Assembly (NCBI GenBank): GCA_035627515.1
Contig: DASPLQ010000012.1
Coordinates: 135,269 to 199,268 of the forward strand
Direction: 5' to 3'
Length of the DNA stretch: 64,000 bases
DNA from: Vitreimonas sp.
GTDB taxonomy: Bacteria > Patescibacteriota > Microgenomatia > UBA1400 > PJMF01
Position numbers and translations under genes: made by a program. The notes below the pieces were generated by a model. It did not search any database. It saw only the letters and a list, made by a program, of their open reading frames with translations, and was not told where the DNA came from. Positions 55,534-64,000 of the stretch are shown in pieces (within the stretch, counting starts at the first letter, position 1; each line of letters opens with the position of its first letter).

Positions 55534-56484
55534 ATGAAAACAAAATGGCTGCTATTAGTGATACTTTTAATTGTGGTGGCTACCATCGGTATAAAAATTC
55601 GTGCTGCTCGCTCTATTTCTATGCCTTCTTCATCTCTCGCACCCGTGGCTGTCACCACCCTCTATCCTGTCAGCTACTTCACTGAACGCATTGGCGGTGA
55701 ACACATCAGAGTGGTAAATCTGATTAAACCCGGCTCCGAACCCCACGACTTCGAACCCACCCCACAAGATTTAATTACCCTACAAAATGCGCAGTGGCTG
55801 ATATACAACGGCGCGGGCTTTGAACCTTGGTTACCTAATGTGCTTGTTACTTTACCTTCCAGTGTCATCACTGTCGATACTTCTTCCCAACTATCGCTTT
55901 TACCAGCCGGAGATACGCATGAAAACGAGACTATCGACGGCCACTCCGAAGCTGTAATTGACCCACACATCTGGTTAGACCCAGTCTTAGCCGCTAGCCA
56001 AGCCGCTCACATTAGTTACGCCCTCATCCAAGCTGATCCAGCCCACGCTGAAACGTATCAACAGCAAACTCAACAACTTACCCAAGATTTACTCGCTTTA
56101 CACCAAGAGTTCGAACGTCGCCTGGCCACCTGCCAAACTCGTACACTCGTCACCTCTCACAACGCTTTTCAGTATCTGGCCCATCGCTATCACCTCGATA
56201 TCAAAGCCATCGCAGGTCTCTCACCTGATCAAGAACCCAGTCCCAAGCAGCTGGCAGAACTGAGTAGCTTTATAAACAATAATCATCTGACTCACGTCTT
56301 CTTCGAAACTCTCACCTCACCGAAGCTTGCTGAGACACTCGCGACTGAAACCGGGGCCGGTATTTTAGTTTTTAATCCTCTGGAGGGCTTAACTCCAGCT
56401 GAACTCGAGCGTGGTGAAACCTATCTTTCCGTCCAGCGCCAAAACCTGGATAATATCACTACCGCGCTGCGCTGCTCATCTTAA
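55534..56484 (+). CDS. znuA: Zinc ABC transporter substrate-binding protein
   Basis: EPHDFEP, DPHIWLDP, SHNAFQYLA, NPLEG. Confidence 0.92.
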   Translation: MKTKWLLLVILLIVVATIGIKIRAARSISMPSSSLAPVAVTTLYPVSYFTERIGGEHIRVVNLIKPGSEPHDFEPTPQDLITLQNAQWLIYNGAGFEPWLPNVLVTLPSSVITVDTSSQLSLLPAGDTHENETIDGHSEAVIDPHIWLDPVLAASQAAHISYALIQADPAHAETYQQQTQQLTQDLLALHQEFERRLATCQTRTLVTSHNAFQYLAHRYHLDIKAIAGLSPDQEPSPKQLAELSSFINNNHLTHVFFETLTSPKLAETLATETGAGILVFNPLEGLTPAELERGETYLSVQRQNLDNITTALRCSS

Positions 56485-56491
56485 TCACACC

Positions 56492-57247
56492 ATGCCTAAA
56501 TCACCCTCACCCCTGCTGCAACTCAAAAACGTGTCCTTTTGCTACGATAAATATCCGGTATTGGAAGATATTTCTCTGGAAGTAGTACCAGGTGAATTTG
56601 TGGGCATAATTGGTCCCAACGGCAGTGGCAAAACTACTCTCTTAAAATTGTTACTCGGTTTACTTACCCCACACCATGGCCATATTTTATTGGCTGGCCA
56701 GGCAGTGAAGTTAGGCCAGTACGCGCTCCCACTCGGCTACATCCCTCAACGCGTCACACAAGCCGAAACTAAATTCCCGATCACTGTTGCCGAGGTTGTT
56801 AAGCTGGGTTTGCTGTCACCAGGAGTTATGTCCACAGTGCCAGCTGGAGCTCACCAGCTGATTGAAGAAGCTTTAGTAACAGTCAAGATGAATGAGTTTC
56901 AGGATCGGCAACTCAGCGATTTATCAGGTGGTCAACAACAGCGGGTCCTGATTGCTAAGGCTTTGGTTGGTAAACCTAAAATCTTAATTTTAGATGAGCC
57001 CACCGTGGGCATAGATGCAGATTCTCAGCACCACTTTTACGATTTATTGTCACATCTCAATCGTGATCATGGCTTGACAATTTTGCTCGTCTCACACGAC
57101 ATTGAAGTGGTGATGAAAGAAGTCACCACGATTGCCTGCCTCAATAAAACCTTGGTATATCATGGGGCCGCTCGTAATTTTGTCAAAGCCGAACATCTTG
57201 ATAAAGTCTATGGAAAGGATATGAAGCTAGTTGTTCATCATCATTAA
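56492..57247 (+). CDS. znuC: Zinc ABC transporter ATPase
   Basis: GPNGSGKTT, LSGGQQQR, LDEPT, C-terminal HHH. Confidence 0.92.
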   Translation: MPKSPSPLLQLKNVSFCYDKYPVLEDISLEVVPGEFVGIIGPNGSGKTTLLKLLLGLLTPHHGHILLAGQAVKLGQYALPLGYIPQRVTQAETKFPITVAEVVKLGLLSPGVMSTVPAGAHQLIEEALVTVKMNEFQDRQLSDLSGGQQQRVLIAKALVGKPKILILDEPTVGIDADSQHHFYDLLSHLNRDHGLTILLVSHDIEVVMKEVTTIACLNKTLVYHGAARNFVKAEHLDKVYGKDMKLVVHHH

Positions 57248-57248
57248 T

Positions 57249-58049
57249 ATGTTTGTGTGGGAAATTTTTACTTACAGTTTTATGGTACGAGCCCTGTTAG
57301 CTGGCGCCATGATTGCAGTGGTCTCGCCTATTTTAGGGAGTTTTTTAATTGCCAAACGCTACTCAATCATGTCAGATAGTTTGGCTCATGTGGCGTTAGC
57401 AGGCATTGCCTTGGGATTATTTTTGGGCATCAATCCTTTTTTGACAGCCTTAGTGGTGACTTTAACGTCTGCCACGTTGATTGAAAAAGTACGTTCCCAA
57501 CAACACATTTCGGGAGAACTAGCCTTAGCCATGTTTCTCTCTGGTGGCTTGGCGTTAGCAGTCGTTTTAAGTGGCTTAGGTCGGGGCTTCAATGCCGATT
57601 TACTGAGTTATTTATTTGGCAGTATCACCACAGTCACAGAAACTGATCTGTATATTATTGGCGGGCTCAGTGGAGTGATTGTAAGTACCTTACTTTTTTT
57701 CTACCGCCCTTTGCAATATATCTCGTTTGATGAAGAAGCAGCACAAGTGAGTGGCATTCCCGTCAAATTTCTGAATATGTTGTTGGTGGCCTTGACTGCT
57801 TTATCAGTGACGTTGTCATTACGAATTGTCGGTGCACTCTTAATTGGGGCGCTGATGGTGATTCCAGTGGTGACCGCCATGCAACTGCGTCGCAGTTTTT
57901 TCCAAACCATCTTGTGGGCGATTGGCTTTAGCTTGTTAGCCGTTGGGCTGGGCTTGATCGCTGCTTTTTATCTCAATTTAGCTGCTGGCGGCACGATTGT
58001 GTTAACAGCCTTGGGTTTATTTGGGGTGGTGAGTTTACTCCGCAGTTAA
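57249..58049 (+). CDS. znuB: Zinc ABC transporter permease
   Basis: DSLAHVALAG, YLFGSI, VGALL. Confidence 0.92.
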   Translation: MFVWEIFTYSFMVRALLAGAMIAVVSPILGSFLIAKRYSIMSDSLAHVALAGIALGLFLGINPFLTALVVTLTSATLIEKVRSQQHISGELALAMFLSGGLALAVVLSGLGRGFNADLLSYLFGSITTVTETDLYIIGGLSGVIVSTLLFFYRPLQYISFDEEAAQVSGIPVKFLNMLLVALTALSVTLSLRIVGALLIGALMVIPVVTAMQLRRSFFQTILWAIGFSLLAVGLGLIAAFYLNLAAGGTIVLTALGLFGVVSLLRS

Positions 58050-58060
58050 ATGTATACTCA

Positions 58061-58456
58061 TTAAGCACTGGCCAGTGGTCGCACGCTGGCTTTGGGAGCT
58101 TTTTTCTGACAGCGTGGACAGACGCCATACATAGTGAGGTGATGATGATCAATTTGGTAATTATTAATTCGCGCTGCCACTTCAGTTTGACACTCGAGTG
58201 CTTCTACTAATCCACATTGTGAGCATACCACGTGATCATGATGATCCCCACGTAGTTCATAATAAATTTCATTGCCGGCAAAAGCTTGCTTGCAGACTAC
58301 TTCATCAGCCACTAATTTATCGAGCGCCCGATATAAGCTCGTTTTATTGAAAACGTACTCTTTAGTTTCGAGTTTGTCCAAAATTTCGGGAGCAGTCAGA
58401 AGGTGTTGTTTCTTGAGGACTTTGACCACTAATTCAGATAAGGTTGTTCTTGCCAT
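58061..58456 (-). CDS. zur: Fur-family regulator, probably Zur
   Basis: SLYRAL, HHDHVVCSQCG, YGVCPRC; convergent with znuACB. Confidence 0.85.
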   Translation of the reverse strand: MARTTLSELVVKVLKKQHLLTAPEILDKLETKEYVFNKTSLYRALDKLVADEVVCKQAFAGNEIYYELRGDHHDHVVCSQCGLVEALECQTEVAARINNYQIDHHHLTMYGVCPRCQKKAPKASVRPLASA

Positions 58457-58476
58457 GTGCGTATTGTACCAGATGG

Positions 58477-59025
58477 CTATTTGAGGTCCCCACACGCGGT
58501 GTAAGCTCCAATATCTTTTTCTGAACGGTGGACATTAATTGCCAGCTCCGGGCTGGTGGCTAATAATTTTTCTAGCGACACCGCTAACAGGGTTTCAGAA
58601 CTTCCCCCCACTACATTTGACAAGGGATACACCACTCGGCCGGGATGTGGGCACGAGCCAAGGTGAATGTGAGCAGGCTGGGGTTCAGTAAAGGTGCCGC
58701 CACTGAGTTTTAAAACCACTCGAACCGTCTCTGACGAGGCAGCACCGACTACGGCAGTTCCCGACTGGCCAGAATTATCTTCCACAGTCAGGCGCACGGT
58801 GATATCAGCCGGCTGAGCGAGGGGTGTCCCAGAGGGGGTGGGACTTGGTGAAGGAATTGGTGTGGCTGGAATACTCTCAGTAGTATTTGCGACCGAGCCC
58901 GTCCGCCACTCACAACCCGCAAAAAACAAACCACCGGCTACTACTAAGCTCATTAGTAACCAAGACTGCAGGGAGAAATTAAGTGATCGAAATAACATTC
59001 TGCTCGCGTAAGTACTTAATATCAT
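58477..59025 (-). CDS. CHRD/Cu-Zn-SOD-like lipoprotein (start uncertain)
   Basis: Lipobox FAGC; QPAHIHLGSC, INVH, ACGDL. Confidence 0.7.
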   Translation of the reverse strand: MILSTYASRMLFRSLNFSLQSWLLMSLVVAGGLFFAGCEWRTGSVANTTESIPATPIPSPSPTPSGTPLAQPADITVRLTVEDNSGQSGTAVVGAASSETVRVVLKLSGGTFTEPQPAHIHLGSCPHPGRVVYPLSNVVGGSSETLLAVSLEKLLATSPELAINVHRSEKDIGAYTACGDLK

Positions 59026-59419
59026 CCATCGTAATTTGGGAGAGGGGTAATTTTTGGGCTTCGTCTAAAGTAAACCACCCTAACTCATCGCACTTAAGAG
59101 GTTCTTTGATTTCTGGTGTGCCTGCCACAATTTCACAAATAAAAGTTGGTGATACCCAGTGTTGTTTTTCAGCGGGCAAAATGTGGTCCCAGACATTAAT
59201 TAAACTTTTTACGCGAATGGTGATTCCCAACTCTTCTTTAGTTTCACGAATGATTGCCTCATGCAAAGTTTCACCCCACTCTACCGCGCCACCGGGAATT
59301 TCCCATTTCCCCCGCTCATTTTTGGCTTGAGGTCCTCGCCGAGCCAGCAACAATCGGCCCTGGTCATCAAAAATGGCCGCCCCCACCCCCACGCCAATAT
59401 AATCAATTCCTTTGTGCAT
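58979..59419 (-). CDS. NUDIX hydrolase
   Basis: Nudix box PGGAVEWGETLHEAIIRETKEELG. Confidence 0.93.
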   Translation of the reverse strand: MHKGIDYIGVGVGAAIFDDQGRLLLARRGPQAKNERGKWEIPGGAVEWGETLHEAIIRETKEELGITIRVKSLINVWDHILPAEKQHWVSPTFICEIVAGTPEIKEPLKCDELGWFTLDEAQKLPLSQITMDDIKYLREQNVISIT

Positions 59420-59479
59420 AAACTGTTCTACATATCTTAGCACTCTTTACAACTGAGTTCTTTTTGGAGAGACTAAGCT

Positions 59480-61456
59480 ATGTCCAATTTTCCCTCCTCA
59501 CCTATTCCCCAAATTCACTCTCTCGAAGAATATCATCAAAAATATCAACACAGTCTGGATCAACCAGCTGCTTTTTGGGCTGAGATCGCCCAGACTTATT
59601 ATTGGCGCAAACCTTGGGAAACCGTCACTACTGGCTCGTTTGAACAAGCTGACCACCAGTGGTTTAACGGCGCAGAACTTAACATTACCGAAAATTGTTT
59701 GGATCGACACCTGGAAACTAAAGGTGACCAAGTGGCGCTGATTTGGGAACCAAACAATCCTGATCACGCTAGTATTACTCTCACTTACCGTCAACTCTAT
59801 GAGAAAGTCTGCCAAGCTAGCTTAGCCCTCACCGAACTGGGTGTAAAAAAGGGTGATCGAGTAGGTATTTATTTACCGATGATTCCTGAACTAGCTATCT
59901 CAATGCTGGCCTGTGCCCGGATTGGTGCCATCCACAGCGTGGTGTTTGGTGGTTTCTCCAGCCAAGCCCTGGCTGATCGGCTTAATGATACCCAAGCTAA
60001 AATTTTAATTACGGCCGATGGTGGTTTCCGCGGCAATAAAACCATTGCTCTCAAAAAAATTGCTGACGAAGCTCTGGCTCAAGCCCCTCACGTTGAAAAA
60101 TGCCTGGTAGTCAAACACCTACCGGAGTCACCGGCTCTGCAACCTAGTCGTGACATCTGGTGGCACGAGGTGGTGGAACACCAAGCCACAGAAATGCCGG
60201 CAGTCAGCGTCGAGGCTGAACATCCTGTGTTTATCCTTTACACTTCTGGCTCGACTGGCAAACCAAAAGGTATCGTCCACGCTACTGCGGGCTACATGGT
60301 CTATGCTGGTTACTCATTTGTGAATGTCTTCCAATACCAACCTGGCCAAATTCATTGGTGTACAGCGGATTGCGGTTGGATTACTGGCCATACGTACTTA
60401 CTCTACGGACCTTTGTTAGCTGGCGCCACTACTGTCATGTTTGAGGGTATTCCTACTTATCCTGATGCTGGACGATACTGGCAAATCGTAGAGAAACATC
60501 GCGTTAGTATTTTATATACTGCCCCCACCGTCATCCGCTCATTAGCGGCACAAAGTTTGGATTTCGTGACCGCACATGATTTAAGCTCATTACAAGTGCT
60601 CGGCAGTGTGGGTGAACCAATCAATACTGAAGCTTGGCAGTGGTACCATGATCACATTGGCCAAGGTCGCTGCCCGATTGTGGATACCTGGTGGCAAACC
60701 GAAACTGGTGGGATCGTTATTTCTCCTTTGGCTGGCATCACTCCCCTCAAGCCCAGTTATGCCACTCTACCTCTGCCCGGCATTAAACCAGTGCTGGTCA
60801 ATGACAACGGCCAAGCAGTAGCTGGCAACCCTGCCAGTGGTGATTTGTGTTTAGCCCAACCATGGCCATCAGCCGTGCGGACCATTTATGGCAACCGCGA
60901 ACGTTATTTAGAAACGTATTTTTCACGCTCACCTGGTATTTATTTTTCAGGTGATGGTGCCGAACGCGATGCTGAGGGTGATTATCATATCCTCGGCCGG
61001 GTAGATGACACGATCAAAGTCTCAGGACACTTAATTGGGTCGGCGGAAGTTGAGAATAGTTTGACTCAACATGCGGCCGTTTCTGAAGCTGCGGTGATCG
61101 GCGCTCCTCATCCTATCAAAGGTCAAGTCATCCATGCGTTTACGATTTTGAAAATCGAAGTGGCTCAAAAGTTAGCTCAGTTAAATCCAGAATCCAAAAC
61201 TCAAGAAGAAGCGGCTCTTAAAGAAGCTTTGTTGGCTCAAGTGGCTCATGACATTGGCTCGTTTGCCAAACCTGAGGTGATTTACTTGGTTACTAATCTG
61301 CCCAAAACGCGATCCGGCAAAATTATGCGCCGTATTTTACGCAAAATAGTTGAGGGTGACTTGGCTAATTTAGGTGATACCTCTACCCTTGTCGATCCGG
61401 CTGTAATCGAGGAACTGGAAAAAGTGGTGGGCGTGGCGCCAGCAGCTGCAGCTTAG
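59480..61456 (+). CDS. acs: Acetyl-CoA synthetase (AMP-forming)
   Basis: YTSGSTGKPKG, VGEPIN, DTWWQTETG, LPKTRSGKIMRR. Confidence 0.97.
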   Translation: MSNFPSSPIPQIHSLEEYHQKYQHSLDQPAAFWAEIAQTYYWRKPWETVTTGSFEQADHQWFNGAELNITENCLDRHLETKGDQVALIWEPNNPDHASITLTYRQLYEKVCQASLALTELGVKKGDRVGIYLPMIPELAISMLACARIGAIHSVVFGGFSSQALADRLNDTQAKILITADGGFRGNKTIALKKIADEALAQAPHVEKCLVVKHLPESPALQPSRDIWWHEVVEHQATEMPAVSVEAEHPVFILYTSGSTGKPKGIVHATAGYMVYAGYSFVNVFQYQPGQIHWCTADCGWITGHTYLLYGPLLAGATTVMFEGIPTYPDAGRYWQIVEKHRVSILYTAPTVIRSLAAQSLDFVTAHDLSSLQVLGSVGEPINTEAWQWYHDHIGQGRCPIVDTWWQTETGGIVISPLAGITPLKPSYATLPLPGIKPVLVNDNGQAVAGNPASGDLCLAQPWPSAVRTIYGNRERYLETYFSRSPGIYFSGDGAERDAEGDYHILGRVDDTIKVSGHLIGSAEVENSLTQHAAVSEAAVIGAPHPIKGQVIHAFTILKIEVAQKLAQLNPESKTQEEAALKEALLAQVAHDIGSFAKPEVIYLVTNLPKTRSGKIMRRILRKIVEGDLANLGDTSTLVDPAVIEELEKVVGVAPAAAA

Positions 61457-61497
61457 AGCTGAGCCTATCGTTGTCACTATCCCAGCCGGGTAAGAAC

Positions 61498-61809
61498 CTA
61501 CTTCGCAGCTTTGTTTTGAAGCAGCTTTTTGACTTCCAAAAGTTCACGTTCGATGGTTTTGATGCGAATCTGTAAATCAATATCTTCGGTATTACTCTCT
61601 TCTACAAAATACGTGACAGGGCGATTGGTAAGTTTGCTGATTTGTTTGAGCGTTTCTAGGCTAGGTTGGGCGCGACCGACTTCATACGAGCTGACTGCTT
61701 TATCTGACAGCAACAGCACATGTCCCAGTTCTTTTTGTGATAACCCCGCATCTTTGCGTGCTTTTTTAAGCTTGTCTGCTAGAGTTAATTTTTTTTTAAT
61801 ATTTGACAT
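61498..61809 (-). CDS. XRE family HTH regulator
   Basis: LKKARKDAGLSQKELG..VSSYEVGRAQPS. Confidence 0.9.
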   Translation of the reverse strand: MSNIKKKLTLADKLKKARKDAGLSQKELGHVLLLSDKAVSSYEVGRAQPSLETLKQISKLTNRPVTYFVEESNTEDIDLQIRIKTIERELLEVKKLLQNKAAK

Positions 61810-61854
61810 AGACCCTCTCTATTAAGTAGAATTATATCTAATTATCATAGACAT

Positions 61855-62226
61855 ATGTCAACCACTTTTCGCTCCATCCTCATTATTGACCCTCATGAAA
61901 CCATGAGTGTGCCGTACCAGTATTTGCAGGCTTACGCAATTACTCGGGTGCCAACTATCGAGCAAGCCATAGCCAAGTTGCAAGATCCTTTGTTGCCCGA
62001 ACTCATCTTTCTAAGTGCCAGCTACTCTCCTACCAAAAGTTTGACCTTTTTAGAAGCTCTCAAAAATAGTTTAACCACTGAGCTCGTACCAATTATCATT
62101 ACTGTTAACTTCGAAACCAAACTATCGACGGTGATTGGCACAATGTGGGGCAAACGGATCGGTATTTGCCACTCATTATCTTCGCCAGCTGAACTTTATT
62201 CTACTATAGAAAGAATCATGCAATAA
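61855..62226 (+). CDS. Degenerate receiver (CheY-like) domain protein
   Basis: ILIIDP, PELIFLS (Ser at the phospho-Asp position), VPIII. Confidence 0.6.
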   Translation: MSTTFRSILIIDPHETMSVPYQYLQAYAITRVPTIEQAIAKLQDPLLPELIFLSASYSPTKSLTFLEALKNSLTTELVPIIITVNFETKLSTVIGTMWGKRIGICHSLSSPAELYSTIERIMQ

Positions 62227-62295
62227 CGCAATGAGCACCTGTTGAGAGTGGATTTGCTTTTGAGTTCGACAGTATTAAGTACCACTGGAGGTCAC

Positions 62296-62505
62296 ATGCG
62301 CCAAATTGATATTTATGAATTACAACACTTACCTACCCTACTGGAAATTTATCGCCAACTAGAAGACGATAAAGTCTGCGTAATTTGTGACGATGGTTTA
62401 GCCATTGGAGTGATTGTCCCTGTCACTAAGGTGACGCCTACCCGAGCCAAACACTGGCTACTACCCTGGTTCTCCAACCCGGAGCGTTTGCTCTCCATTC
62501 GCTGA
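62296..62505 (+). CDS. Small hypothetical protein (weak Phd-like pattern)
   Basis: GGAGG RBS; MRQIDIYEL..VICDDGLAIGVIVP. Confidence 0.45.
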   Translation: MRQIDIYELQHLPTLLEIYRQLEDDKVCVICDDGLAIGVIVPVTKVTPTRAKHWLLPWFSNPERLLSIR

Positions 62506-63912
62506 GTCTTGGACCACAAAACCTAAGGCTGCGATTTGATCACGGAGTTCATCTGATTTTTGCCACTCTTTGTTTTCGCGGGCAAGATGGCGCTGCTCGA
62601 GCAAAGCTTGGACCTCAGCCGGCACCGTTTCTAGATCTGTAGTTTTGCTCACTTCTGCCAGCGTCTCTTTAGTGACTGTGCGTAACCCCAAACCTAAGGC
62701 TTCATCAAACTCCATCAGCAAATCGTATTTGTCAGGTCCAGGAATATTCGATTTCAAGACTTCCCACAACACTGGAATGGCTTCTTGCGTCTTCAGGTCA
62801 TCTTCGAGGGCGGCAAAGAAACGCCCCCGGTACTCGTCTACCTTGGCTAATTTATCTTCAGATAAAACAGTCCGGCCTTGTTCTTCTCTCAGCTCCGCAA
62901 TTTGACGTACTAGTCGCACATATGTTTTCTGTATCCCTTCCAAACTTTCCCAAGTGAAGTTCATCTCACTCCGATAATGAGTGGTCATGAACAGGAGGCG
63001 CAAAGCCTTGGGGTCAAAACCGCGCTTAAGCATGTCATCAATCGTATAAAAGTTACCGAGAGATTTGCTCATTTTTTCACCATCAACTCTCAAGAAATTA
63101 TGATGCACCCAATACTTCACAAATGGCTTTTTGCCAGTGGCGGCTTCGGCTTGAGCAATTTCATTCGTGTGATGGACATTAATATGATCGATGCCACCCG
63201 TGTGAATATCGAATTGATCTCCCAAGTACTTCATCGACATGGCTGAACACTCGATATGCCAGCCCGGGAAACTTCGTTCATGCCAGGGGCTAGGCCAAAC
63301 CATTTGGCGATTCTCGCCTTCGCGTTCAAATTTCCAGAGGGCAAAGTCAGTAGGATTACGCTTGCCAGCTACTCGCTCTACTCGAGCGCCTTCTCGCAGC
63401 TGCTCAATATCGATTAAAGCCAGTTTTCCATAGTCATCCAGTTTACTGGTATCGAAATACACACCGTCATCTTCGATCACATAGGCAAAACCTTTTTTTT
63501 CGAGTGTAATCACCATTTGCAACTGCTCTTCAATATGATCAGTCGCTCGGCAACTGACATCTGGTCGCAAATTGCCCATTAGATCCATCGAGCGCCAAAA
63601 GTAGTCTTCAAATTCATGAGCAATATCCCAGACCGTTTTTTTATATTTACGAGCACCTTTTTCCAGTTTGTCTTCGCCAGTGTCTCCGTCAGAGGTTAAG
63701 TGGCCCACATCCGTGATATTTTGCACAAACTTGACTTTATAACCAGCTCGGCGCAAGGTCCGGATCAGGACATCATCCATCGTGTATTTGCGTAAATGTC
63801 CTAAATGCGTGTAGTCATAAACAGTCAGACCACAAGCATATAACCCAATCTCTTTGCTCTTGAATGGCTTAAGTTCATCAATTTGGCGGGTGAGAGTGTT
63901 ATAAAGGTTCAT
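62461..63912 (-). CDS. cysS: Cysteine--tRNA ligase
   Basis: YACGLTVYDYTHLGH, DFALWK, PGWHIECSAM, KMSKS. Confidence 0.98.
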   Translation of the reverse strand: MNLYNTLTRQIDELKPFKSKEIGLYACGLTVYDYTHLGHLRKYTMDDVLIRTLRRAGYKVKFVQNITDVGHLTSDGDTGEDKLEKGARKYKKTVWDIAHEFEDYFWRSMDLMGNLRPDVSCRATDHIEEQLQMVITLEKKGFAYVIEDDGVYFDTSKLDDYGKLALIDIEQLREGARVERVAGKRNPTDFALWKFEREGENRQMVWPSPWHERSFPGWHIECSAMSMKYLGDQFDIHTGGIDHINVHHTNEIAQAEAATGKKPFVKYWVHHNFLRVDGEKMSKSLGNFYTIDDMLKRGFDPKALRLLFMTTHYRSEMNFTWESLEGIQKTYVRLVRQIAELREEQGRTVLSEDKLAKVDEYRGRFFAALEDDLKTQEAIPVLWEVLKSNIPGPDKYDLLMEFDEALGLGLRTVTKETLAEVSKTTDLETVPAEVQALLEQRHLARENKEWQKSDELRDQIAALGFVVQDSANGEQTLRVGEPG

Positions 63913-64000
63913 AAAGTATCCTTGTGAAGTGAGGTTATTTTAACAGCTCAGCGGTGCCTGTGGGGGCCAAAGCTGGTTGCTGAAAAACTACGACTTGGTT

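Noticed and set aside
1-64000. CRISPR array, rRNA, integrase or intact transposase
   Set aside because: No regularly spaced direct repeats, rRNA signatures or recombinase/transposase motifs were seen

Overview
64 kb of bacterial chromosome whose compact gene set (short EF-Ts, short intergenic spacers, many small orphan membrane or secreted proteins) suggests a Patescibacteria/CPR, Microgenomates-like organism; this is inference, as no taxonomic search was run. Most of it is housekeeping: queA, tsf-rpsB, folD, nfo, glyA, lgt-lspA-rluA, dnaB, hisS, glmS, rpmE-prfA, htrA/ctpA, rpsF-ssb-rpsR, ychF, acs, cysS and two tRNAs. It also has a copper cluster (csoR-DUF305-copA-DsbD-like-copZ), a zinc cluster (znuACB-zur) and a HigBA-like toxin-antitoxin pair. 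The main candidate for an undescribed system is at 19.7-25.2 kb. A consensus promoter and an unannotated His-His-His leader peptide with a classical attenuator, whose geometry predicts expression when histidine is LOW, precede a histidine ammonia-lyase (normally catabolic), a threonine-synthase-like PLP enzyme, a small peptide, a deleted GNAT remnant, an aminopeptidase and hisS; a TrpR/YerC-family regulator gene lies nearby. Other notable items: a variant glmS ribozyme with two inserted hairpins, a second uORF-terminator leader between degenerate Maf-like and Cmk-like genes, an HTH + ~15-repeat + nuclease-like protein, boxA-containing cassettes, and several dispersed repeat families. No rRNA, CRISPR array or intact transposase was seen. 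All protein calls come from motif recognition by eye.
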